Shown here piece by piece: positions 1 through 13,200 of a DNA stretch of 64,000 nucleotides (within the stretch, counting starts at the first letter, position 1; each line of letters opens with the position of its first letter). Source of the DNA: Balanoglossus misakiensis (taxonomy: Eukaryota > Animalia > Hemichordata); contig CM082581.2 of assembly GCA_040954595.2 (NCBI GenBank), positions 14,085,921 to 14,149,920 on the forward strand, read 5' to 3'. The notes under the pieces are model-generated. The model saw only the letters and a program-made list of their open reading frames with translations, did not search any database and was not told where the DNA came from. The position numbers and the translations under genes were made by a program.

Positions 1-138
1 TCTGATAGATATTTCTCGGGATATTTCAAACAGTTCCTTAGCCATTTCTTTTAAAATTACATACAAAATCAACCCCTTCCCCGTGATTTTGGCAAACATG
101 CATGGATATCCCCCTCCCGAGTGTCACTACCACCGGGG
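1..138. mobile_element. Possible terminal fragment of a non-autonomous DNA transposon/MITE-like repeat cut by the window edge
   Basis: Ends in ...aaaatcaaccccttccccgtgattttggcaaacatgcatggatatccccctcccgagtgtcactaccaccgggg. From memory this resembles CCGGG-terminated repeat ends in marine deuterostome genomes. The partner end is outside the window, so no TIR or TSD can be verified. Confidence 0.25.
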
Positions 139-1084
139 CTTCTATAATAGTGCAAAAGTACACCAGATGTCAAGGTCAACCTGTTGGGTATCAGTGACAA
201 CGGTCGTTAGCTTTTGAGAGTACGTGCATGGCATTTCGTTGGCATTGCACAACAAACGTAATCGCTTTAGAGTTCGTTTGACTTGTTTTGATCCGGGCGT
301 ACAGTTGACTACGCAACAGGTCGCTGTACTAGTCAGCCTGAGCCCAGAAGCGTTGTTTTTGCGGAAGATTTCAAAGTAAAGTCTCACGTCTTTCTGGCTC
401 TCATTAGTTTAAGAGCACCTTTGGCCAAGTAAACGTCGCTCATGGTTGCACAGTGTCACCTTGTCCTTTGAAAACCGACCTGTGCATCGCCTAATCAAAT
501 TTAACCCATTTTCTAGAATTTCATTGTCTCGAAAACAGATACAGATGTTTTGCTGTTTAAACAAATAAGTATACATCATGTATATAGTGAGAAACAAAGA
601 AACATACAGACAGACATATACACCAGCAGAGACCATTTTTCAATGTTTCATAAAAATGTCATTTCGATTTTTCTCCAAAGAATGTCTCAAATATTACATA
701 TTGTTTGACCAATTTTAAAAACTGCATTTTTCTGTACTTTTTTATGACCATTTTATTTTATCAGAATCACTCTAAGTCCTTTATGCTAAAATCAGTGTTG
801 AACATGCCGACCACCTAGGATAATAAAGCACTAATATAACGCGATAATGTTCAATAATTTATATGACCGTGAAGTTTAATATCCATATTTACTCAATAAC
901 TAAGTCATTCCTGTTTTATGATTGTATTGAGGCAGTGCGGTTAAGCTTTATTTCATTAACTTCGAGTTGATTCGGCAAAATTTCATTATGATTTAGCATT
1001 GACGTTCTAAATTAATAAGATTGACTTGTGGAATTTCATTAGTAGTGTTGACGCTTTTACATTCATGAGGAGGATTTTCATTCT

Positions 1085-1106
1085 CCCCCCCCCCCCCCCC
1101 CCCCCC
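1085..1106. repeat. Poly-C homopolymer (C22)
   Basis: Directly visible run of 22 C. Confidence 0.95.
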
Positions 1107-4100
1107 GAATATCAACGAACCCAGATGGGCAGTAAAATTCATTTGTGGCTATTTTGTATCTAGGTAGAATGGTTTGCTTGGTTGATTTGAGACGCGAGAT
1201 TACAAACTGTAGCCTGGCTACTGGTGAACTGGACAAGTGGAAGAGAATAAAAGGATCTGAGACGTGTGAGTATTTGAGATATTGTTTTATTTGCGTTGTG
1301 CTCTGGACTATTTACAGCTCGAAGATAGATCTGTGTGCTTTAGATTACAGTCATTGTACTCGTTGCTAATAATAGATGTCAACTCGGTCAGCGATATACA
1401 TTTTTTGTAATTTATCACTCGTGACACCAAATTTAGAAACCGTCTATTCATGGTTATCAGTAACATGAATTAAAGAAAGACTAGTAATAAATAATCATAG
1501 AAATAATCGTTTCTCCCGTTGCAATGGCGACGAAGATGGTTTACAAATCTTTCATTCACCCACCATATCAAACGTTTATGAAAGCAAGTTCTTGTGTGTG
1601 CAAAGTGTCAGGTCGGCAAACATTCCAAAAGCATCTCATTACTTTCTACTTGCGTTGAATTCTTGCTGTCAGTAGCAATAATTATGATTGACGGATCATA
1701 CATGCTGATTTTTGACCCTTAGTACTTATGAGATCAAACGGCGAAGCAAATATTTAACGTAGGGTGGTAATAGGTTGAAATGAACGCGCCTGTACAGGAC
1801 TGATATCTTGGAGAAAAAACATCACCTGGTTTAAAATTGCATGTTACAGCAATAATGAATAATGAAACTTGCTACAGATATTGATCTAAAGACAGCAAAT
1901 TTGTAAGATATGTAGCAGTTTTACATTAATGGCTTATTTGCATATTTAACTAATGTGTGCAGTTAACTTCATTAATGTGGCATCATTGTCTCAGCAGAGA
2001 ACGCACAATGAATTGTGGGTAATGTGGAAATGCTCTCACCTAAGCTGGCATTGTAATGCTGCGCATGACGAGTATAGACACCGTGCTCGAAATAACACCA
2101 CGTTGTTTTACAAAAACGAGATTCTTTTAATGCTCTTATGTCCCAGACATCTCAAGAAACAGCTCTTGGTCACGAAACTAGCTGGAGTCGTGCGTAACTA
2201 TACACGAAGATTTGATAGTGTTCTAGTTTTGTTCTCATGCGCTTAACCGCTTTTAAAAAAAATTTGAAACAATTATTTTTTTAAAATAGCACTTTAATCT
2301 TTTTACCAATTACTATTAAGGGTTGATGATTTCAAGAGCGGTGACGACATGATCCAAGAATAATAGTGAAGTGTCTTAGGCGAATGACCTTTCTCCTAAG
2401 ATGTCATTGGAAATATTAGTTTCTCTAGTAAGCCTCATTGCTAGGAATCACCCCCAGCTTGACAAATACCTTCAGCAGGGAGGATTATTAAAAGAAATTC
2501 ACTGACATGCCCCGTAAGGTTTCTGGGTAGAGTTATTGCTGGCATGTGCTTTGGACTTAGTGAAGGATTTGAGTTAGCGCCACATTTATGGCGAAAAACC
2601 CTTGGCGTCACAGTGTTTGTTGCATGCCTGGAGTGTCCGTCTCTTGCGAAGGCTCTCAAAGATTAGACGGAATGAAATAAACCACAGAGAGATTGTCTAC
2701 AATTTATATTGTGTAATTATCTAAAAGTGTGATATTTGGCAGAAAACAGCATTTAAAGTGCGTTGACCCGTAATTAAGCTTTAGCAATTTATGCTTTTTC
2801 TCAGTGTATCTGTGTATGATAATTTAATAATGTTGATAACTCAGTAAACATGTCATTATTAGGATTGAAACTCTCCCTCTATCTTGATGGACGGACGCGA
2901 TTCACAATCACTATTGCGTGTTTTACCCCCAAGTGGTCTGTCTGTCTGTGGTAGTTTTCATTCCACGTCCTCGAAATCGCCTTCTTCGGTTCAAGGCCAT
3001 CACGCAATGAATGAGAAATATGAAATCACGCAGCTCAGGAAGTTATCTTCAGAAACAGGGTGAACAACGAGATCAGAATTCCCCCACCCCTCCCGCGACG
3101 TTGCACTTTATTGAATTTTTCTGACCCGTTTTTCCTTACGGACTCGGAGTCAAATTAATTGGAATTTCTTCAATTCATATTCCTGCCGAGGGAAGTAGAT
3201 GAATAGGCCATAAAAGTACATTTAAGCTTCTTTGCGAAATGGGTGAACATCAAAGACGGCTTTAACATGTAAACGTCCGTCATTGATTCTATCGGTATGC
3301 GTAAAATAGATGGAAGGGTTTTTTAGAAACTCTTTCGTGGAACTCGTTAGAAATCATTATGCCTACCATCAAGGCGATTACTTTTATACAGTCGATGTGA
3401 CAGGCCAATGTCAAGATACTTGATTTGGTTGTAAATCTTTCCATGAGCCTACAGTAGCAGACCGTGAATACAACTTACTGAAATAAAAAACTCGTTCCAT
3501 GTCGAGGCGCTTCTGGCTAACACATTCAGGGATAACAAGGCGATAGCTATCTCCGTCAGTCTGACACAAAGCACAAAGACACCGACAGATTTTCAAGTAC
3601 CGTTATATGGTGGTCAGGTGAATCTGATAAGAGTTCGCTCTTTTATCATGAAAAAGTCACAACACCTTATCTAATGAGGTATTTTCACCACAAAGGGAGT
3701 AAAACGGCCCATTTTGAATTATGTGCTGCGCCACAATCACTGCACCATTATTACGCGATTTTTGATCAATATTCCCTAAAATACGTGACTGGCGGTCACA
3801 CGTGTTCAACAGTGGAATTGGCTTCGCTGGAGCATCACTTACGAAATATTGGCCCATCGGCATTTATAGGGCTAGGAAGGGAATGTAATGATACCCTATA
3901 AAAAGCTGATTTTTTGTTTTCTTCTGTTAGACAGGTTTGTGTCAAATGTCGATTACATAATGGCTGCTGATTATATTATGTAAATTTCTGCTATTTCGTT
4001 ATACTCGATTATGTTTCTGTAAACGTGGACTGTAATAATGTTTGTGTGATATCTAATGCTGGTCGACAGATTTTCAAAGATATTGAAGAATATTTAATTT

Positions 4101-6108
4101 CCCCCCTGTGGTCAAAGTGGTATCGTTTCATCACGATTTTGTCTCACCCCAATTAACTTCATGAATTCAAAACACGTTCCTGCTCATCTAGGATCACCAA
4201 ATTATCTCAGAGTTTGATCTTGCACGATCACACTTATTTTATCCACCATGCACCTTTCACTCATGATTTTTTGGAAGATTTAGTTCACAATAGAAGACAC
4301 TGTGACAAAATGTATACCACCAGCCAATTTATTTCCACCCAAATAAAAAAGACGACACGATTTCTGAAAATGGTAAAACAATCCCACGCGCTGTATCTCT
4401 CGACTAAGCCATAGACCCTTCAATGTTTGTACCCAAGCCTGCTTACACGCAAAGCGCATTTTTTTTCGACATGCTTGAATGAAGCTGCGATTGTCTGGTG
4501 CTTAAAGAGACCACTTTTATCCTCGTTCAATACAAATTTCTCCTTTGCTAGAAATCCTCTTCATTCTTTTTTAAACCGCGAGAATGTTCAGTCCCATAAA
4601 ATATCATTACTGGATTGTTGAAAAAGGGCAAAACAGTGAAATACACCAATCTGGTATTAAATGACCGCCTATATTTAGACATTGAAGTAATCACTATTTC
4701 TTCTTTCCCGGAGAAGGCATTAACATTCATAGTTTTAGAATCAAGAGGTTTTGAATTCAGAAGAAAGGCCATAAAGCAAAAATGAACAAGTTGCCAAGTT
4801 TAATGAATACGACTAACTAGTTAGGACCACCCGTGACTCTCGCTGTAACTATATGAAACATGTTTGAAACTGTGACATATCACCATGGAAATGTGACATA
4901 TATAAGTGCGCAAATTAGGGGCACGAGAACAATGACACGTGCAGAAACATCTAATTATAGAACCTGATGGAATACTGCTAACCAGGGCCTGGCAAGGTGA
5001 CATGTCTTATTTTGCGTTATCGACTATTATATATAAACCACATATTACGGTCAGTTTGCGCGGATTAGGTTATGCCCAGGTTGACCAGAGTAAGTTTATA
5101 TAATTATCATGCAGATTGTTTTAATAACCTCCAATTTCAGTTCATGAACTGTCAAAATGGCTGTATAACGTTAAAATTTTCTCACTATGTAAAGGTTGTC
5201 TGCCGATGGTCCTTCTTTGGAAAAACAGATGTGCATATTCAAGTCACAGTGTTTCTGCCAAGCCAATTATCGGATGGGACATTTCTGGCCATGGATAATG
5301 AGTTGCCTTTGGTAGCTGTGGAAGACTGCCAAACAAATTGAACTTACTGACGAAGGTATGTTGACCCCAACAGTTTGTCCATAAAACAAATGAGTCTGTC
5401 GTATTTGTTTCTTGCGTAAGATATTATTTTCATCCACCTAAGCATACATGTATATATACAGTATTTTAGTAGTAAAGTACGTGTATGATCCATAAAATAT
5501 TTGTTGATTCAAAACACATCTCAATTCTTCCAACGAACAGGTTTTGATTGAAGGCAATATGGGAAAATGAATTGGGTGCACACGTACTTTTGGTCGGCTC
5601 TCCAGATAGGACGTTGGACGCCAGAGGGATTAATAAGGTATGTAAAATTTACATCAGTGGCTTAACGTATCACTGAATGTGAGATTTACATTAATTCTAC
5701 TCAACTGGCGTTCACTTGCAAGTATACTAAAATTAGAATACCATGATACTAAAAGAATCGTGTCTTACAACATATGAACACTTGGCATCTCATTTTAATC
5801 TACTTATATCATAACTAGACTAGAGGTGTTAGCGAGCTCGGCAGAATTTGACTTAAGTTTGCATGAAATCAATTTTGAATGACTGACTGGAGAGAGAGAG
5901 GCATGTAACGTTACCCACACTAAATCCAATATAACGAATCCAATATCAGGGCGCTAAAACTGAGGCGTAATCGATTTGTCAAAGCAAATCCTATAAAATT
6001 GCAAGGACTGCTAACATGGTTAATGGCTCCACGTCTAATATGCCATTCTTTAGAACAACATGTGGGCGCATTCCACTGTTAAGAGGAACACAACTCGTGT
6101 CTCGTAGA

Positions 6109-6125
6109 GGGGGGGGGGGGGGGGG
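6109..6125. repeat. Poly-G homopolymer (G17)
   Basis: Directly visible run of 17 G. Confidence 0.95.
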
Positions 6126-9100
6126 TATTTTGACAATTTCTTCAGACCCCACACAATTTAAGTGAGATAACATTGCCACACTAGACGTCAATTTTCTTAG
6201 TGTATCGAATTAAATTTCAAACTGAATGATCATCTTCCATCCCATTAGAACGCTCGACCACCTCACCAAGAGGGATAAATTGAATAAATTGATACGATGA
6301 TCGCACTTATAAGATGCGCAAGACACTTCCCTTGCAGTCTCTATCACTATCAGTCTATAGGTTACTGACCTTTGGAAAAATATTAGTTCAACGCTGAATT
6401 ATTTATGGAAACAATAGCGTAACAAACACAATTATTGCTCGAGACCTCGTGTAATGTTCAAGAATTTTCAGTGAGGAGCTTTGAAGACATTATACACGAG
6501 CGTTAATGAAAATTGAGATCAAATTTAACTTCTTGTTCCTAAGAATGTCTGAGCGAGGACAAAACGTGTCTTAAATAACACAGTAACTCGTCTCCAAGGT
6601 TTAGCTCCAAGGCAAAAAGAGAACCAACAGTTATCTTTCACACAGCAAGTTGTTTAAGTTGTTATTGTATTCTTGTCACGCCTATAAACACGCGACAGTG
6701 ATACAGGTTGGATGACTGGGTCATTTAGTCTATTATCGTCAAGGTTTGTCAGGGGGTCGCGCATTGGTAGAAAACTTGAAATGTCGGACATTGCTTGTGG
6801 GAGCAACTGCTCGTATCATTTAATGCATATCTGCGAACCAGTGCAATATTCTGACAGAATGTATGTATGTATATACAAGCGTAGTGATACCCCAGTTTCC
6901 AGTGGATCCACCGTGTGGGATACCATTTCAGTTTCATCAAGTAGTTTATTTTTTTGCAAGTTCCAGGGACATTTATCAAAGAGGGTGGAATTTTCAATTA
7001 GAGACCCGGGACTGTGTGTGAAGACGAATACATTCCCCTTAAAAGAACCTAAACTTGCAAAAACGTGACATTCCTCAGAATGTTTTCCGTGGCTTAAATG
7101 TTTTCCCCTGGGAAAAATTTGCGGAATATGTGAAACATAAAAATCCACCTTTCACAGAACATACGTGACCGTTTATATTTAGCTGCGGTACTAATGTTTC
7201 TTAACAGGTTCGCTTTACATCATTAAACATTTGCTCCGGATCACAATGTAGAATGGACATTCACAGACAAGCTTACTAAACCATTCCGAATGTATATCAC
7301 AAGAACGAACACGCTAAAGAAATGCTATCTTCGTTGCATGTTTATAACTCCGTCAGAGCTTACAGATCGAACAGTATTACCTTAAGCACCTAAAACCACG
7401 GTTGAGCAATCTTGAAATACCCTGTTCGCCAAAGTGTTATTCATTTCGGTGCAGCAGGACACAGTCCCAGCAGGGAATGTGTGTGTGAACTTTGCTTTCT
7501 TCAGTCACCAGGAGACTGAATCTCCAACGTATCTATCTTGGGGGGATGTGAAGCGTAGGGCGAGCTGACTTGTGTTTCCTTTGGGCCTAGTGTTTGTTTT
7601 CGTATCTAGTGGATTGAGCTTAATAGTAGATGAGGCAAAAAAGTGAAACCTGTCGAAAATTCTGCTTTCTTCAGCTACAATATAAAATCACGTGCAACAG
7701 GCACCATATGATATCGAACACGCTGTCCAGAATATAAAAAAACGACCAAACTCAAAGCAATGAAATCAAAGCAACTCACAGTCAAATGGTTCGCACTTAT
7801 ACTCCCAGTAGAACCAAACAGACTCGTTCACCACGGCTGCAATAAAGACTGTGTATCAAAGTAGCTGCATGGAATTGATGCGAGCAATGCAATCTTCTGT
7901 GCGACGCTCCACCATCGTGAAGTAATGTCAGCAAATGACCGCCGCTCGAGCGGTAAAAAGAGGCGCTAGTCATCTCGGAATGGCGCCCTTGGGGGGTTTG
8001 CCACGTGACTGCCACAACGCCTACATATAATAATCGGTGAATGCAAACGATACGCGTGTAATTAGAAAACGATTACGAAAGATTTGATCTGTTCCTAGAT
8101 CCTACTAAGTGTGATGTGGATAAAACAGACGATCTCTCCAGTACCAGACATTTGCAGAATTACATTGCACCCAGTGCAAATTAACAGATACAAACTGCAT
8201 GAGTTCTCGCTGTGTAAATTCATGGAGACAAATTGAGTGTGACCAGCTTTCGGAATATGACTCTTATTTGACGTAAAGCCCCCCTCCCCCACGTTGCAAA
8301 GGTATGCCCCTAAGTGCCACCTGTTTCTGAACTGCACGGGTATTAACGAGAATGTATGGCCAGAATGTCATTACTATAGATTATAATGGCAGTTCCGATG
8401 AATTAAGCTCAATTCTAAACATTGTCCGGGCTGTGGTAATGAACTTGAAAATTTGCACAAAGGCATTTGCCATGATACCCATTGATGGTCACGAATGACC
8501 GATAAAATACTAAGCTTCTCTAATTCATGATCGATTTAATCCGCACCACATCTGACGTTTTACAGAAAGAAGGTACGATGTCACGTGACCACTGCATAGA
8601 GTAATTACCTGTCTGTAATGCCAGATTTAAATGTGGTACAGCACTTATGTCAAATAACAGTTTTCTGTGAAATTATCGTTTAATTGTGACGACGTAACTT
8701 TTTATCTTGAGGCAAAAACTAATTAAAAATAATAACATTGCCAGCAATCAATCAAACCCAACCTACTGAATCAACTAAGGAGTTAAATGAACGTTAATGA
8801 CAAGATCTGTGTGCATACTGAACTGAAACTGTGTGTTAACGACAATGTCCTTTCTTCTGTCATATGGAGTCAGTCATTGCCCTGCGATCTGAGTGACTTG
8901 ACAGAGTGGAGATGACAGGTTTAGTGAGATCTATCGGGTCATTGACCTTTTGTCTGCTGGAAAACCTAAACCTTGGAAGAAAGACAACATTTCAAGTGAA
9001 ATTAACATTGTAATGTACTTGTGTCCTTCTGATACTGAGAGTAGGTATATAAGTGTCATTCCCGTCTGTGGAGGTCTGATCATGACACTTCAAGAATAGC

Positions 9101-10240
9101 TCCTCTTTCACTAGTGATGTTCATGTGCATGTAAACTAGCTGTTTGCCGTGATACACCAGTTCATCGGGAATGCAGAGATTTTTTTCTCTGAAATAAAGG
9201 TCACGAAACTTGCATTCTATACAGTGAAAGTGGCCTTTGGTTTAATGGTGTTTATTTTACATGTGGGTTCTAAGTTCACCTTGAAAGTATGGACGATGGT
9301 CAAATTTGACTACGTTGTATATCAAACGATGAGACGCTTAGCTTGTCAATGTCACAGGTGACGACAAAAGTCGAGAGTTTTATAACTGATATTCTCAAAT
9401 TTCGTGGGTGTTATGGATCCAAAACCTTAATGAAGTAGATCTGCATGGAATTTACATCAATTGTAGATATTTTCAGCACGTTGATTAATTAAATGACATA
9501 ATGGAGTTGTGGTCTCACACATGTGACGTCAGTAGCGGCGAAAGAAACAAGAACCCAATTTACTGCGTAAAATCCCATTACATGTTCATATGGCATTCAC
9601 ATTTAGCTCAGTCATTTATGCTTCATCCTATTCATTCCAACCGAAGTTGTTTTTCACAGTTGAAAACTTTGTTGTGCGGTCTTTGTAGTTTCACGTGAAT
9701 CGGGTGAAATTTCATGTAACCAAGTCCGATAGAACCGGATGTTGACTCTTGTATACTGGTATGGAATCAGCAATTGTGTTTTGCAAAAATGTTGACTAGA
9801 CTACTGTTGATTGTGTTGATGGACGTTCAGAGATTCTTGCCCTACAAGACTATGCAAAAATGTATGAAGATAATTCAATTAACAACTAAGAGTAATAATG
9901 GTCTACATTAAACTAGGCAATTCTACGAAACAAGGGCTTCCGGTACTTATGGCAGGTTAAGTTTACGCTTCATATTCAACTAGCATTGTAATTACGGAGT
10001 GTACATAGCCATTAGGAAATCATTGTCAATTCAACTGACATGACATTGGATTGGAGTTGAAATGGGCTTAAGTGATCATTTGACGATTTGGAATTAACGA
10101 GTGTAATTTGCATTTAACTGGCGCCTGCCACGAACAACTGTCGCACCATCAGTCTCAAAGACGTTGTGCGGCCAGCAGCACGTTAACCTTGTTGATAATG
10201 GATGTATTGATGGCAGATTTACAATTTGACTAATTTACAG

Positions 10241-10267
10241 TGACAGCAACCATTTATTGATTAATGG
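10241..10267 (+). promoter_or_regulatory. Meis (TGACAG) plus Pbx-Hox (TGATTAATGG) site pair, candidate developmental enhancer core
   Basis: TGACAG at 10241-10246 and TGATTAATGG at 10258-10267 (TGATNNATKR consensus), embedded in further TAAT/TTTAT words. Confidence 0.25.
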
Positions 10268-13200
10268 GGTTTGTGAATACATGACTGTTATTCCTCCGTA
10301 GAGATCGCAGAGAGATGAATTCACAAAAGTGTGGCTTGGCCGATTTATTGGACACGATGCGATAATTTGACTTTTCACTTTTGTGTGTCAGTACAAATTT
10401 GTTGATTAAATCTAGAGGAAAGGTATTCATGAGAATTGCCTGGGATTTTCTATAGGATTTTCTATTGGGAACAGAACTACATTGTTAGCAAGTGTTTATG
10501 TGTGAGCCATGAGTACAATATACTTGCGGTAGATTATCGCCGGGAACACAGCCCGGCCCTACACTAACTTTTAGGTGACCTTGATCGAGCATTGATGAAC
10601 ATCGTCAAATAAACCAAAGTGAAAATTCGCTAGCTAGCATCTCGAGATGGAAAGTACATGAACATGTTTTATTCAAAGATGCGCGGTCTTTGAATTCTTG
10701 GATTAAAAGATGCCCTGTGACAGTCCATCTCCCCTGTGTGAGGACCTGAACGGCAATTTGAGTTAAAGAACGCTATTTCTTCTTTTGAAGAAGCCAAATC
10801 TTCTCCGATGGGAATACACTGACCGCGTAATCCATCGTTGACCTTCATGATACCCTTTATCGGTTCCAATATATGCATTAGATGCCTGAAGATGCTGTCG
10901 CCGTGAGAGCTAGCGTTCCTCTCTCTTGAACTGATCCTTGATCAAACGCGCATATCGCTAGAATTAACTTTCACTCTGGTGTCATTTTTTCGAATGAAAT
11001 AAATTAGTCGAAGAAAAGAAACCCAAGAAATACGCTGTGTTTACAGTTTTCCAAGAAAGGAGGTCAGCTCGTGAAAATGCACAACGCATGCGTGGGGATG
11101 TTCGGCTAAGGCAAGATATTTGTTTGCCAATCCCACCGACTCCCAACACTGAAAAATACAAATATCCCTTTATAGAGCGGAATCAATCAAGTGTCAGCCT
11201 AACTGATAACTGAATCAAAAATGCTCCGTACTTGTTAGGGTACTTCTTTGTCTATTTGTGTTCCCCAAAGACTGATGGAACATGCAAAATCCTGAAAAAC
11301 AACCATTTCTATCCAATGAAGTCTCCAAGAAGCCATAACTGCTCAACAATATATCTAAACTATCATGATGCGATCATTTTAATGGTACTTGAAACTTTCA
11401 GTGCATTCCTGGTGGAATTCGAATCTCTCTTTCAACTGACTGCGTCATCACTGAAAACGGATTTTCTCTACTTTTATCTGTACTTTGTCAAGTTCATCAA
11501 ACTTCATGCAATATTCGTTTCTTGATAAGTAGACTCGACAGATTTCAGCAGTTCTTTTGGGTTGTATATATTTTTCACGCTCTGTCACGACACAAGGACA
11601 CGTCATGTTCGCTAAGTTACCCTTTGGCAAAATGCCAGGAGTCATTTCCACGTTGATAACAGTTATGATGATTTTGATATTATGGTTGTACATGAACCGA
11701 TCCGCCTTCATATTTCACAGTATGTTCACGGATGTTTCCGGGAATTCTTTATTTCAAAAGACCATAAGGTAACCAATATCCTCGATCAAATCACGAGGAT
11801 GTTGTTGCAGTATACAATGAATTGTTCGGGTAATATGCGAAGATTTGTGGCCTCGAGGATTTCTTTCGAACTCTGCCACGGCGGCTATATTAGTACACTG
11901 TCATGCAGTCGAGGAGAATGAAACAAATATAATACGGAGAAAAAATCAAGCAGTGAGAGTATGAATAGCTGTATGATCACGCAGACAGTGTTCATTAGAA
12001 CCCGGCCGGGAATGAATAGTGATTTTCTGAGACTTTTGAACAACGGCGGCACATCTGAAGTCTTTGTTGCCGTGGAGCCTCTGCAGCGAGCGAAAAAAAT
12101 AAATTTGGAGGCAGTGAAGGGGAGAGAGCTAGAGAGGCGACAGCCATTGCTTTATTGATTATTGGAAGAAAGCGAATTAGATGATCAATGAGACTTCATA
12201 AAGCGCTGGCAGCACATGCGCCAGAGAAGTGCGTCTTTGTTGGGATTCAAGTGCCGATGGCGATGATGCCCCTTTTCCCCGTTCTCTTGGTCACGAAGAA
12301 AACAACCATTCCGTGTCCAATAAGAAACGGATATGCAGGAAGGCCGCCCACGGTGCCCGGCATTCACGGAAACCAAAGCTATCGTCACGGATGAGGTCTA
12401 GGCCAGTGCTAACGACTTTTTGTAACTTAGAATACTTATTATGGGCAATGACGATATCGGCCGGGCGGGTTACGGAAATCGTAGGCAGGCGCAGTAGGCA
12501 TAGCACGTGAATCTCATAAGCTACTGTTAAGATTTTATACAAGATTCATGTTTCCGTCAGTGAAATATAAGTTTTGTGGATATTGGACGGGCTTCCGCAC
12601 TCTGAAACAAGAAACCGAGGCTTTTGTCAATAAACCTCTAAAAAAATCCAATTCCTTGTTAAAGCCTTTTTAAATTTCTCAGGAGCCTTCCCATAGAATC
12701 CCAAACTACACATTTTGTAGTTCTGATCACCGAAGGATGTTTGTTTTACATAAGGCTGTTGCAAATCAATGCTTTTTTGGAAAACTTTGAGCGCATGCGC
12801 GTAACATCTTGCGCATAGCACATTGTTGATAAGCAGATCCGTAATTTCGTTGTAGATAAACGTTACTTATCAAGTTGGGTTCTAACTAGGTTCAGTTTAC
12901 CACTTTCGAAGATGACAGTTTGTCGATTCTGAATGTAGACTTCTCACGGTTATTTGTCAAACTGTCTGGTGGACGAGGCGAGAAGAAAGATCTCAGACTC
13001 TTGTGTAGACAAATCAGTGGTTATTGCTCTGTATAAAAAAGTCCTTTACTCTTAAAAGAACGAGCATATTGTAGGAAATCAATTTTGCACCCTACGCTGA
13101 CAGGAGTTCTGTTAAGTTGGAAACACAAAGTAGCAGACAGAACGGCGGCATACCTGTACTTGTTCATATGCATTATAACCGTTTTCCGTTCTTGAAAATT

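Noticed and set aside
10669-10878. 69-aa - strand ORF whose stop overlaps AATAAA, a possible terminal exon
   Set aside because: There is an in-frame TGA about 20 codons upstream with no good acceptor in between, and the peptide is unrecognisable.
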